Of a DNA stretch of 64,000 nucleotides, positions 55,061 to 64,000 are shown piece by piece. Origin of the DNA: Dehalococcoidia bacterium. Its GTDB lineage: Bacteria; Chloroflexota; Dehalococcoidia; Lucifugimonadales; G958296245. The stretch spans positions 3,348,347-3,412,346 of the forward strand of contig CBDHEI010000002.1 of assembly GCA_965262055.1 (NCBI GenBank), given 5' to 3'. The translations under genes were made by a program, and so were the position numbers. The notes below the pieces were generated by a model. It was not told the DNA's origin, made no database searches, and worked only from the letters and a program-made list of their open reading frames with translations. Within the stretch, counting starts at the first letter, position 1. Each line of letters begins with the position of its first letter.

Positions 55061-56326
55061 TTGGCAGGCGAACCGCAAGGCTTGGCCCCTCCGCGTAGGC
55101 CGGAAGGGCATGACCTCGTTTGGCTCCTCCTCCTTTCGCTCTCGCTGTTCATCGTCCTGCTGCCGATCTCCAGCTACGTGGCGGCGCTCTCTTTTATCAA
55201 GTCCGAGCTTGGCCTCAACAACGCCGGTGCCGGGGCGCTCTTTTCGGCATATCTTGCAGGGTACGCCGCGTCCGCGCTCTACCTCGTACCGCTGACCGAC
55301 CGGCTCGGCCCAAAGCGGATCATCTACATGTCGGCTGCGCTCTCGGTTGCGGCACACCTGCTCTTTCCTTTGACGACCTACAACATCGTGGCGGGCGTTG
55401 CGCTCCGTGCGATTGCGGGAGTCGGATTCCTCGGTATATACATCCCCGGCCTTCGACTGGTGGCGCGACGATTCGAACAAAGAGGACGGGGTTCGGCGAT
55501 GGGCCTGTTCGTGACGGCGCAGTACGCCGCTCACAGCGGCTCGCTGGCGCTCACCGGCTGGCTCATGGCCACGATGGAGTGGCGCGACGCCTACGCCCTG
55601 GTCGCGGCAGTATCGGCAGTAAGCCTTCCGCTGATGTTCTTCCTCGTGCGCTCCGCTCCCGATACGCGCCGACCGCTCACGGGTGGAAGGCTCGACCCGA
55701 CCGTTCTCAAGAACCGCCCCGTTCAATTCGTTATCCTGGGCTACACTGTGCACGCGCTGAACCTCTACGCCCTTCGAGTCTGGCTGCCGATCTTCCTCGC
55801 GTCCGTCCTGATCGCCAAGGGCGTTGCGGAAGGGAAGGCCGTGGTCACGGCGGCGGAGGTGGGCGGCCTGGCCCTCGCGTTCGGCGCTATGGGTCCCGTC
55901 ATGGGCGGATTAATCTCCGACCGGCTCGGACGGACGACGGCGGCCTCGCTTATCCTGGGACTATCCGCCCTGTGCGCGATCGGTTTCGCGTGGATAGGAC
56001 ATTGGCCCTGGGGGCTGATCGTCGCTGCGAGCGTCGTCTTCGGATGGGCGGCATCGGCAGACTCCGCGATCTACCAGACGGGCATCACGGAGTTGGCCGA
56101 TCCTAGACGCCTTGGCTCGACGATGGCGCTCCAGGCCTCGCTGGGTCTTCTCGGCGGCGTCATCGGCCCTGTCCTCTTCGGCGGCATCCTCGACGCGTCG
56201 GTGGGCGAGTACCGCTGGGTGTTCGCTTTCTCCACCCTCGGCATCCTCGCCGCGATTGCGATAGTCGGCCTTCGCAGAGTCGGGTCGCCGACGGACTCCC
56301 GCCTGCTCGAAAGGGGCGGAGCGTAG
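55061..56326 (+). CDS. MFS transporter
   Basis: 421-aa ORF with ~12 predicted TM helices and a D-R-x-G-P-K-R loop motif (LTDRLGPKR) between TM2 and TM3. The TTG start is uncertain. TATAAT at 55017-55022 lies upstream. Confidence 0.8.
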   Translation: MAGEPQGLAPPRRPEGHDLVWLLLLSLSLFIVLLPISSYVAALSFIKSELGLNNAGAGALFSAYLAGYAASALYLVPLTDRLGPKRIIYMSAALSVAAHLLFPLTTYNIVAGVALRAIAGVGFLGIYIPGLRLVARRFEQRGRGSAMGLFVTAQYAAHSGSLALTGWLMATMEWRDAYALVAAVSAVSLPLMFFLVRSAPDTRRPLTGGRLDPTVLKNRPVQFVILGYTVHALNLYALRVWLPIFLASVLIAKGVAEGKAVVTAAEVGGLALAFGAMGPVMGGLISDRLGRTTAASLILGLSALCAIGFAWIGHWPWGLIVAASVVFGWAASADSAIYQTGITELADPRRLGSTMALQASLGLLGGVIGPVLFGGILDASVGEYRWVFAFSTLGILAAIAIVGLRRVGSPTDSRLLERGGA

Positions 56327-56480
56327 GCATGTCTCGGCTGCCCGCTCCTCCTCCCAAGGAGGCGCAGAGCGACGCCTATTTTGACGCTCACGGGCTATTT
56401 GCTCCTATTTAGGTCTACCCTGCCCCGGCTGGACTACTCCCTGCCTTCTGCTCGGAGTAGAGACATACCCGTGCTGCGCA

Positions 56481-56726
56481 GAATCTCGCCGGGTGCTCCG
56501 ACTCGGCGGCAGGCTGATGGTGTCCGACATCGTTCTGACGCGTCCGGCCACGCCTGCCGAGAAGTAAGACATGGTCTTGCTGACTGGGTGCGTCTCGGGG
56601 TCCCTGCCGGTCGAGTACTGCGCTGCCAAGGTGCGCGCCGCCGGCTTTGAGGATGTAGAGACCCAGGTCGAAACTCCAGCGGCGGACGGCGAGTTCTGGT
56701 TCAGCGCGGCCCTACCGCCTCTGTAG
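56481..56726 (+). pseudogene. C-terminal remnant of a class I SAM-dependent methyltransferase (ArsM/UbiE-like) with in-frame stop
   Basis: Hand translation gives ESRRVLRLGGRLMVSDIVLTRPATPAEK*DMVLLTGCVSGSLPVEYCAAKVRAAGFEDVETQVE... (TAA at 56565-56567). The N-terminal SAM-binding motifs are absent upstream. Confidence 0.45.
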
Positions 56727-56741
56727 TTCTGCGGCCGGTGC

Positions 56742-59068
56742 TCACGGGGCACGGTCAACTGACCAGACCGTAAAATTCTCGAATCTGGTGGATTTGCCTG
56801 CAATGCCGTGGCCTCTGAAGTAGCTGCCCACGGCGTCCACACTCCCGGATTTGAGCCAGCCGCTCAAGTCAAGCCTGCCCACGTAGGTCCCGTTTACGAA
56901 CAGCCTGCCATCACCGCCTAAAGCGATGATCCTCAAGTGGTTACTGCCGCCCGGGCCGGTGGCCAGCAGGTGCCTGGAATCCCGCTCCGCCAACTGCTCT
57001 TCGGACCCGGAACCGGTGCGCAGACGGTGGAACCACCTGCCGGATTCGTCTATGCCGAGGGCGTGAAAGTCGCCGCTACCGCTCCTTCTAATGAGGAGCC
57101 ACTGGTCCAGTCGCCCTCCGACGCGGAGAACGGGTTGTGGAAGGTAGCTTCGACAATTCCGTCCGCCATAGAAGTGAAGGTCTCTTCCACCTCGATGAGG
57201 CCATTGTCGGGGTTGTGCTCAATGGCTCCGCTACTTGGGCCGTGGATTTTGCTCAGCGATCGTACGGTGAAGCCGGAGAAGCGAATTGACCGGGCGCCCG
57301 TCTGGCCTCCCCTGAACAAAGCTCCTATCAATGCAACCGAGCCTGACTCTACTAGGCCACTCAATTCCAGGCTGCTTTCGTAGGCGCCGTTGACGAATAG
57401 CCATCCTATGTCGTCCACAGCGACCACTCGGAGGTGGTTCTGTGCGCCGATGCCTGTCCTGATGTTGGATGATGAGGCCGCTTCAATCAGCTGATATTCT
57501 CCAGATTCACCGCTTCTCAGGTAGTGGCGCCAGACTCCTGATCTATGTATGAGCAGTACGTGGAGGCTGTCGTGGTCGCCAATCCGAAGCAGGAACCCTG
57601 TACTCCAGGCGCTTCCGGTCAAGTCATGAGGGACGGTGAAGGTCGCCTCGACCACGAAGTCGGAGGCGCTCGTGCGGCTATCGAAGGTCGATGCGAACCC
57701 GTCTTCTGGACCATGGTCTATGACGCCTTTGAGTGGGCCGAAGGCATCCGATGTCGTAGCTGGCATCTCCGAGGGCATGCTGTCGGACGCTGACGTTGGA
57801 GTCGAAGTGGCGGACGCACCCGCCCACATGGTCAAGGAGCTGAACGCCAGCGAATCTGACCTTATTGCGAAGCCGATTCCTTGAGCGTCGAAGCTCCTGC
57901 CCGGTATCGTTCGCAACGCTGACGTATTCATGCCGACGACTTCGCCAGCGAGATTCAAGAGCGGGCCGCCGCTATTGCCCGGATTGATCGCCGCGTCAGT
58001 CTGGACATAGGTGACCACCCGAGACACCCGGAAGGCTGAGATTATGCCCGTCGTCACGGTGATTCCGTCCCGCAAGTGGAGCGGATATCCCAACGCCACC
58101 ACCCCCTCCCCCTCGCGCATCCGCGTAGCGAGGGGGAGCGCGGTCAGGGGCAGTTCCGCCTCAACTTTCAACAGCGCAATGTCCCGCTTGGAATCGAACC
58201 CGATCACTCGCGGCGTCGATGTGGCGCCATCGTCGAATATAACGGTCAGCTCATCCTCGCCGGCGATTACATGCGCGTTCGTCAGGATGTGGCCAGCAGG
58301 ATCTATGACGAACCCCGATCCGGCGCCGGTCTTGCCCTGGATACGCACTATGCCCTCCCTAACCTTCTCCACTATGTCTGCGAGGGATGGGGGCGGCACG
58401 GGCGTGGGCGAAGGGGTATTCGTAGGCGTAGGCGTGCTGGTGGGTGTTGGCGTAGGCGTGGGCGTGCTGATGGGTGTTGGCGTAGGCGTGGGCGTGGGCG
58501 TGGGTGTGCTGGTGGGTGTTGGCGTAGGCGTGGGCGTGGGCGTGGGTGTGCTGGTGGGTGTGGGCGTAGGTGTGGGCGTGGGTGTGCTGGTAGGCGTAGG
58601 CGTGGGCGTGGGCGTGCTCGCCGGAATGGGAGTAGGCGTACTGGTGGGCGTGGGCATAGGTGTGCTGGTAGGCGTAGGCGTGGGCGTGCTCGCCGGAATG
58701 GGAGTAGGCGTACTGGTGGGCGTGGGCATAGGTGTGTTGGTCGGTGTGGGTGTAGGTGTGACGGTCGGGGTTGGTGTCGGTGTGCTAGTACGCGTGGCTG
58801 TTGGTGTGGCTGTGGGTGTGGGCGTAGGTGTGGACGTCACGGTCGGGGTTAGAGCCAACGCCTCCAAAGTCGCCTGCACCCCGGCCACAATTGCTGCCTC
58901 TACGTCAATGGCCGAAACCCGCTCAGCGACCGCCTTATCGACGGCCGCCTGCACGAGCGATTCCACGTCGGGAGTGGGCTCAGGCCCTGAGCCTCCGGAG
59001 CAAGAGACCGTGAAGAGCAGCACAACGACAGCCACTATGAGGCGCACAGTGGAGTTGAGCCTACGCAT
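56742..59068 (-). pseudogene. Secreted S1C (HtrA/DegP-like, PDZ-less) serine protease lipoprotein with PT linker and two LamG/jelly-roll-like C-terminal repeats; the second repeat is split by a frameshift
   Basis: ORF 57050..59068 has lipobox TVSC, a PT-rich linker, and a trypsin-like core (TNAHV, DIALLKV, GNSGGPL). Repeat 2 begins ...EGDWTSG and then stops. The continuation ([26 protein letters not shown]...NHLRIIALGGDGRLFVNGTY...FENFTVWS) lies in another frame down to 56742, and parallels repeat 1 ([11 protein letters not shown]...[20 protein letters not shown]...FSGFTVRS). A 1-nt loss near 57094-57100 explains the split. Confidence 0.75.
58385..58849 (-). repeat. Low-complexity Pro/Thr-rich linker-coding repeat (~155 aa of TPTP/STPTP units)
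   Basis: The plus strand shows ggcgtgggcgt(a/g)ggtgtg-type periodic sequence, with longer duplicated blocks such as ctcgccggaatgggagtaggcgtactggtgggcgtgggcataggtgtg occurring twice. Confidence 0.85.
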
Positions 59069-59139
59069 TCAACGAGACGGGAGAGGAGGACAATCTATTG
59101 TCGATTGTAACGCCTTGGGACAACGGCTTCCACAGAGCG

Positions 59140-62100
59140 CTAGTGCTCCGGGGAGCCCTCTCCGCGAAGCCGGGCTGGCGTCCGGAGCGTCCGGAGCCTT
59201 CGCGGCCCGGCTCCAATCGCCGCTGTCAGCAGGTCGACGCCACGCGTGCGGACGGCCTCGTCGGGCTCTGTGTGCCATCTGACATGCCCGCTCTCCAGGG
59301 AGGCCACGGGCACGCCGTCCCTGAGCAGCACCCTGTTGCCCAGCACGGCTGGGACCTTCGGACCGGGGGTTGTCACACCCGCTAAGTTGAGGGGGTCGCA
59401 TGCCGATAGCGCCAGCAGCTCGCCGTCCGGCTGGAGCTTGCGGACGGCGCGCAGCACCTCCACCGCTTCCGGCAGCGCGAACTGCTCGCCTACGAAGCCA
59501 GAGACGAACCGTCCGCCGCGTATCTCACCCCTGGCCTCCGCCCGCCTGTAGGCGTAGAGGAGGTCCCGCCAGCGCGGGGCGTTGGACTCTCGGGCGAGTA
59601 CCTCCGGGAAGACGACCCCGTACCTGCGAAGGAGCTGCGCCGCCCGGTCCTCAACGGGATCCTCCTCGGCAGCGGGGGCCTCCAGGAGTGACCATCGGCT
59701 AGTCGGCTTCCGCCTCCTGGGCCCACGGCGGTAGCGAGACGACTGTTGAAGCTTCCTGGTCGTACCGTCGACCAGCCCCCTGAGGGCTGCGAAGCCGTCG
59801 GACGTGGTCAGGCCGGCGGCCGCCAACTGCCACAACGCCTCGTCAACCTCAGACGGCAGCCGGCCTCCACCGGTTACGATGTCGGGCTGGAAAGATGCGC
59901 CCCGCTCCCTCAGGTATTCGAGCACCTGCCCGGCCGCGCCCAGGGGGGAGCACGTCTCGCCGATGGGCTCAAGGAGCCAGGGCAGGTCCTCGCGTAGGCC
60001 CAGCGATATGGGGATGACCCGGTTCAGGGGGGTGCGCCCACTTCGAGGGTCGCCGTTGTTTCTGCGCCGGCTGAAGCGGCCCCAGACCACCTCTCCCGAC
60101 AGGCAGAGGTCGTCGAGTGCCCTGGAAGAGTAGCCGTCTATTCGGGCCGGCAACAGATCGGACTCCCACGCACCCGACGCGGCCTCGAACCCTTGAAGCT
60201 GCTCGATCACGTCCAGCAGGCCTCCCCCGTGCGCCAGCCGGTGGCGAGGCGAGGCGTGCTGCCACTGGAGGAGGAATCGCATAAAGGCCGATGGCGCCAC
60301 GGGCTCGACCTCCTTCCGCAGCCTGCCGACCGTGTCCCGGTGTATACGCGCCAGTATTCGCCTATCGCAGAACTCCTCTTCCTCGCGACCCGGTGTGAAG
60401 TGACCTCGCAGGACCCCGCCGGTGGCCTCCATATGAACCAGGGCGATGTCCACGGCTCCCTGCCCCATACCCAGCGTCATCGCCATCTCTTCGGGTGAGA
60501 ACGGCCCGCTGCACTCGACACGGCTGCGTACCAGAGCAAGCTCAGCCTCGTCCTCGTTCGCCACGTCGAAGAACTGGGAGACTTCAGGCGGCTGAGGTTC
60601 GAAGCGGACTCCGGGGAACGCCAGCGACATGAGGTTCACGCATTCGGAAGCGACCCAGGCCGTGCGGCCGTCGCCGTAGAAGGCCTGGACGACACGGCCA
60701 TCCTCGGCGAGGGTCCGAAGCCAGCGGGCGCGTTGGTCCGCCTCCAACGGCCCCTGCCCGCGTGAGAAGTCGGTCTCGGTGAGGATGCCCAGGGTCAGGA
60801 GGGCGTCGTGGAGCTCGTCCGCGTCGCGCATCGGTGGCCAGGCGTGTGCGGAGGCTGCCGCAATGGCAATCGGGTCCAGCGACGCCAGGTCGCGGGCGTC
60901 CTCCGGGAGCGCGCGCCGGAGCGCAACAGCCCTGGAGCGCCGCTCCTCCAATGGCGCGTCGTCGAGGAAGGCGTATGGCATGGCGTTCAGCACCTGGTGG
61001 CTGAACACCGAGGGCTGGGTCGTATCCCTGGCGAAGACCTCTACCTGGCCGCTCTCGATGTCCGCGAGCAGCCGTTGGAACCCCTCCACGTCCATGGCCT
61101 CAGTAAGGCAGTCGCGCATCGTCTCGAATACGAGCGGGTGGTCCGGGACCTCGACGTCGCCGGGGGGCGTGTTGTCCTGGCAGGCCACCTGCTCCGGGAA
61201 GACCGCCGCCAACAGGTCCTCGGAACGCATTCGCTGTATGGGAGCGGGCACCTTCTTTCCTCCGGAGAACCTGAGGAGGGCGAGGTACCTGGAGGCCGAC
61301 CACCGCCAGCGTATTCCGAACAGAGGCGCCTGCAGTATGGCCTGTGTCAGCACCTTCAAGGCCTTGTCCGATTTGATGTACCGGAATACCTCCTGCAACT
61401 GGAAGGTCATCCCGGGTCCGAGTGACAGGTTGATCCCGTCTTCGGTGGCGGCGGCCTGAAGCTCGAAATCGAAGGCGCGGCAGATTTCCTTGCGCAGCGC
61501 CATACCCCACGCCTTATTGATCCGCGAGCCGAAAGGGGAATGGATGACTAGCTGCAGTCCACCCGCCTCGTCGAAGAAGCGTTCGGCTACGATGCGCTTC
61601 TTCGTTGGCACCGTGCCGAGCACTCTGACCCCTTCGGCAATGTAGGCTGCCGCCTGCTCGGCAGCGTCCTTCCCAAACCCCTGCCCCAAGAGCCACTCAA
61701 CCCCTTCTTCGGCTTCCATCCTCGAGTGAAGCTCCTGGCGCAGGTCGGAGAGCTCGTCAGAAAGCTCGATTGTGCGGCCGGGCGCCTCCCCGAGCCAGAA
61801 CGGTATGGTCGGACTGGTACCGTTGGCGTCCTCCACCCGCACCCGGCCGGCCTCTATGCGCCGAATCCGCCACGGGGTGTTGCCCAGCAGGAAGATGTCG
61901 CCCCGCATGCTCTCAATGGCGAAGTCCTCGTTCACGGTGCCGACGAAGGTATTGTCAGGCTCGGCGATGACGTCGTAGTCGGCGTTGTCCGGGATGGCGC
62001 CTCCGCTGGTCAGGGCGGCAAGGCGGGCCCCACGGCGCGCCCTCAGCTTGCCGTTGACGGCGTCACGGTGCACATAGGCCCCTCGGCGCCCTTCGCGGGG

Positions 62101-63504
62101 GGCGACTCCCCGCGACAGTGTTTCCAGCACCTCATAGTACTTCTCTCGGGGGAGGTGCCTGTAAGGGTATGCGCCCCGGTACAACTCGAACAGGCCGTCC
62201 TCGGTACATTCCCTTGCGGCGGTCTCAGCCACGATCTGCTGAGAGAGCACGTCAAGGGGCCATGGCGGAATGATCAGCCTGTCGAGATTGCGGTTCGTGA
62301 AGCCCCTGATCAGGGCCATGCACTCCAGCAGCTCGTCCCGCGTTAGGGGGAAGAGCCGGCCCTTGGGTGTCGCGGCCAGGTGGTGCCCCGACCGCCCTAC
62401 TCTCTGAAGGAGCAGGCCGATGGAGCGCGGCGACCCGATCTGGCAGACGAGGTCCACGGTGCCGACATCGATGCCCAGCTCGAGAGACGCGGTTGCGACG
62501 CAGAGGCGCACCCGTCCTTCCTTGAACCGCCGCTCCGCGTCGTGCCGGCGCTTCTGGGACAGGCTGCCATGGTGGGCCACGACGTGCTCTTCTCCCAGGC
62601 GCTCCGACATAAGGTGCGCTACGCGCTCTACGAGGCGCCGGGTGTTGACGAATACCAGGGTGGTGCGATGCTCTCCGACCAAGCCGGCGATACGGTCCAG
62701 CACGTGCTCCCACTGCTCGTGGGTCGTTATGGGGCCGATCTCGTCGCCGGGCGGCAGCTCTATGGCAATGTCCATCTCCCTGGCGTGCCCGGTGTCGACC
62801 ACGGCGCAGCGGGCCTTTCCGTCGCCGTCAATGGAGCGCGTTCCTACCAGGAACCGGGCGACCTCGTCGATGGGCCGCTGCGTGGCGGACAGTCCGACTC
62901 GGGTCACAGGTCCATCTGCGAGTGCGCACAGCCTTTCCACGGAGAGGCTCAGGTGGGAACCCCGCTTGTTGCCCACTACGGCATGCAGCTCGTCAAGGAT
63001 AAGGGTCGTAGAGCCCTTCAGGCTCTGGCGACCGCTCTCGGAGGTGAGCAGTATGTACAGCGACTCCGGCGTCGTTATGAGAACGTGGGGCGGGCGCTTG
63101 GCCATGGCCTGGCGCTCCGCCGGGGGCGTGTCGCCCGTCCTGACGGCGGTCCTTATCTCCGGTAGGGGCTCTCCTCGCTCGGCGGCCAGCTTCCTGATGC
63201 CCTCCAGCGGCACGGAGAGGTTGCGGTGGATGTCGTTGGACAGAGCCTTCAGCGGCGAGACGTAGACGACCTGCGTCCCGTCGCTCAGCCCGCCATTCAG
63301 GCCCTGCCGCACCAGACTGTCGATGCACGTCAAGAACGCGGCGAGGGTCTTGCCGGAGCCGGTGGGCGCCGCGATTAGTGTGTGCTGTCCGCGGGCGATG
63401 GCGGGCCAACCCAGCGCCTGCGGATCCGTGGGCTCACCGAACTCATCGGCGAACCAGTCGCGCACGAGGGGATGAAACAGGGACAAAGCTTCGGAGCTGG
63501 ACAT
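59140..63504 (-). CDS. lhr: Lhr-type large ATP-dependent DEAD/DEAH-box helicase
   Basis: Start MSSSEALSLFHPLVRDWFADEFGEPT at 63504 (GGAGAC upstream). Motifs I (APTGSGKT), II (DELH) and VI (QRVGRSGH). The ~1450-aa length with a long C-terminal region is typical of the Lhr family. Confidence 0.9.
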   Translation of the reverse strand: MSSSEALSLFHPLVRDWFADEFGEPTDPQALGWPAIARGQHTLIAAPTGSGKTLAAFLTCIDSLVRQGLNGGLSDGTQVVYVSPLKALSNDIHRNLSVPLEGIRKLAAERGEPLPEIRTAVRTGDTPPAERQAMAKRPPHVLITTPESLYILLTSESGRQSLKGSTTLILDELHAVVGNKRGSHLSLSVERLCALADGPVTRVGLSATQRPIDEVARFLVGTRSIDGDGKARCAVVDTGHAREMDIAIELPPGDEIGPITTHEQWEHVLDRIAGLVGEHRTTLVFVNTRRLVERVAHLMSERLGEEHVVAHHGSLSQKRRHDAERRFKEGRVRLCVATASLELGIDVGTVDLVCQIGSPRSIGLLLQRVGRSGHHLAATPKGRLFPLTRDELLECMALIRGFTNRNLDRLIIPPWPLDVLSQQIVAETAARECTEDGLFELYRGAYPYRHLPREKYYEVLETLSRGVAPREGRRGAYVHRDAVNGKLRARRGARLAALTSGGAIPDNADYDVIAEPDNTFVGTVNEDFAIESMRGDIFLLGNTPWRIRRIEAGRVRVEDANGTSPTIPFWLGEAPGRTIELSDELSDLRQELHSRMEAEEGVEWLLGQGFGKDAAEQAAAYIAEGVRVLGTVPTKKRIVAERFFDEAGGLQLVIHSPFGSRINKAWGMALRKEICRAFDFELQAAATEDGINLSLGPGMTFQLQEVFRYIKSDKALKVLTQAILQAPLFGIRWRWSASRYLALLRFSGGKKVPAPIQRMRSEDLLAAVFPEQVACQDNTPPGDVEVPDHPLVFETMRDCLTEAMDVEGFQRLLADIESGQVEVFARDTTQPSVFSHQVLNAMPYAFLDDAPLEERRSRAVALRRALPEDARDLASLDPIAIAAASAHAWPPMRDADELHDALLTLGILTETDFSRGQGPLEADQRARWLRTLAEDGRVVQAFYGDGRTAWVASECVNLMSLAFPGVRFEPQPPEVSQFFDVANEDEAELALVRSRVECSGPFSPEEMAMTLGMGQGAVDIALVHMEATGGVLRGHFTPGREEEEFCDRRILARIHRDTVGRLRKEVEPVAPSAFMRFLLQWQHASPRHRLAHGGGLLDVIEQLQGFEAASGAWESDLLPARIDGYSSRALDDLCLSGEVVWGRFSRRRNNGDPRSGRTPLNRVIPISLGLREDLPWLLEPIGETCSPLGAAGQVLEYLRERGASFQPDIVTGGGRLPSEVDEALWQLAAAGLTTSDGFAALRGLVDGTTRKLQQSSRYRRGPRRRKPTSRWSLLEAPAAEEDPVEDRAAQLLRRYGVVFPEVLARESNAPRWRDLLYAYRRAEARGEIRGGRFVSGFVGEQFALPEAVEVLRAVRKLQPDGELLALSACDPLNLAGVTTPGPKVPAVLGNRVLLRDGVPVASLESGHVRWHTEPDEAVRTRGVDLLTAAIGAGPRRLRTLRTPARLRGEGSPEH

Positions 63505-63920
63505 CTGGTCTCCACTCTTGCGCGGTATCTGTTGCCCGTAGGGGCATCCCTCGTGGGCGCCCCTTCGCCACACAATGAAAGCACATCTGTTCCCACCCTG
63601 TCAATCGTACTCACGACGCCCTGGTGGTCTCAGACTCGCCTCGCCATTGAGGTTGAGGGTGAAAGGATCGTGTGGCCGCCAGAGCGTCGGGAACACAAGG
63701 AACTTCTACAGTTTCTGGTGAATAATCGTTACGCCGGTGCGCTTTCTGGGACAATCTATGTTCTCGAAGGCCGATCCAGTAGCGGTTGGGTCGAGGGCAG
63801 AGTGTGCACCGGCAGCAGAGAGGTGCGCCGCACCATGGCTAGTTACCCCAAGCTGGCTTGATGGACCAACCTGGGTTGGAATAGAATACTGGCGTCGAAC
63901 CCATCTGTCGGAGCAGGGCT

Positions 63921-64000
63921 ATGGCAGCGTTCACCGTTAGACGTATCGTATGCTTGGCTAATTCACGTATGCCAGGGGGAAGCTGTATTGCAGGCAGAGT
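63921..64000 (+). CDS. Start of an unidentified ORF running off the window end (partial)
   Basis: ATG at 63921 is preceded by GGAG (63910-63913). It reads MAAFTVRRIVCLANSRMPGGSCIAGR... Only 26 codons are visible. Confidence 0.3.
   Translation, partial: MAAFTVRRIVCLANSRMPGGSCIAGR

Noticed and set aside
58385-58849. Highly periodic DNA, here and at 4123-4486; I considered a CRISPR-like or satellite array.
   Set aside because: The repeats are in-frame within well-supported genes (PT linker, EKEVV stalk). The units are contiguous without unique spacers, and there are no cas genes.
63382-63861. 159-aa plus-strand ORF (and 63737..63940).
   Set aside because: The first third overlaps the lhr N-terminus antisense. 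The remainder has no start with an RBS and no recognisable motif. A small real gene within 63600-63861 cannot be excluded.

Overview
This is a 64-kb high-GC bacterial chromosomal segment, about 65-70% G+C by hand counts of sample lines. Lipobox Cys followed by EKEVV-type Glu/Val/Lys tethers on ABC binding proteins, plus Pro/Thr linkers, suggest a monoderm Chloroflexota-like, possibly marine, lineage; this is inference only. By eye I found no rRNA, tRNA or CRISPR array.

Gene content, in order:
- Two paralogous peptide/nickel-type ABC uptake modules (binding protein plus 2 permeases, no ATPase genes). They flank a cupredoxin-like lipoprotein interrupted by an in-frame TGA and a BNR/sialidase-like gene.
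- An intact IS1380-family element with 19-bp inverted repeats and a TTTAG target duplication.
- Housekeeping genes guaA, purD, queG and ilvE.
- A fused CydDC-like ABC exporter.
- A minus-strand catabolic cluster containing tdh-kbl.
- A GldA/F/G-like ABC system.
- An orphan XDH-family molybdopterin subunit.
- A Phd/VapC pair with a frameshifted toxin.
- 2-oxoacid dehydrogenase E1 alpha/beta and an MFS transporter.
- A frameshifted S1C protease with a PT linker and LamG-like repeats.
- A 1454-aa Lhr helicase.

Two observations stand out:
1. A ~3.7-kb low-GC (~50%) island at 47.76-51.47 kb encodes a translationally coupled gene pair. One is a 634-aa protein with an SH3/Tudor (CarD-like) N-terminus and a GrpE-like C-terminus. 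The other is a lidless, non-canonical Hsp70-like ATPase. The island is bordered by the TA module and gene fragments, and is a candidate undescribed conflict or dedicated-chaperone system.
2. Three copies of a composite intergenic element lie upstream of guaA, ilvE and a hydrolase gene. Each has a promoter-like box, then ~100 nt ending in a hairpin, then opposed arrays of ~10.5-bp-phased TGTCAC/GTGACA-type units.

Four reading-frame disruptions in otherwise recognisable genes may reflect gene decay or assembly error.
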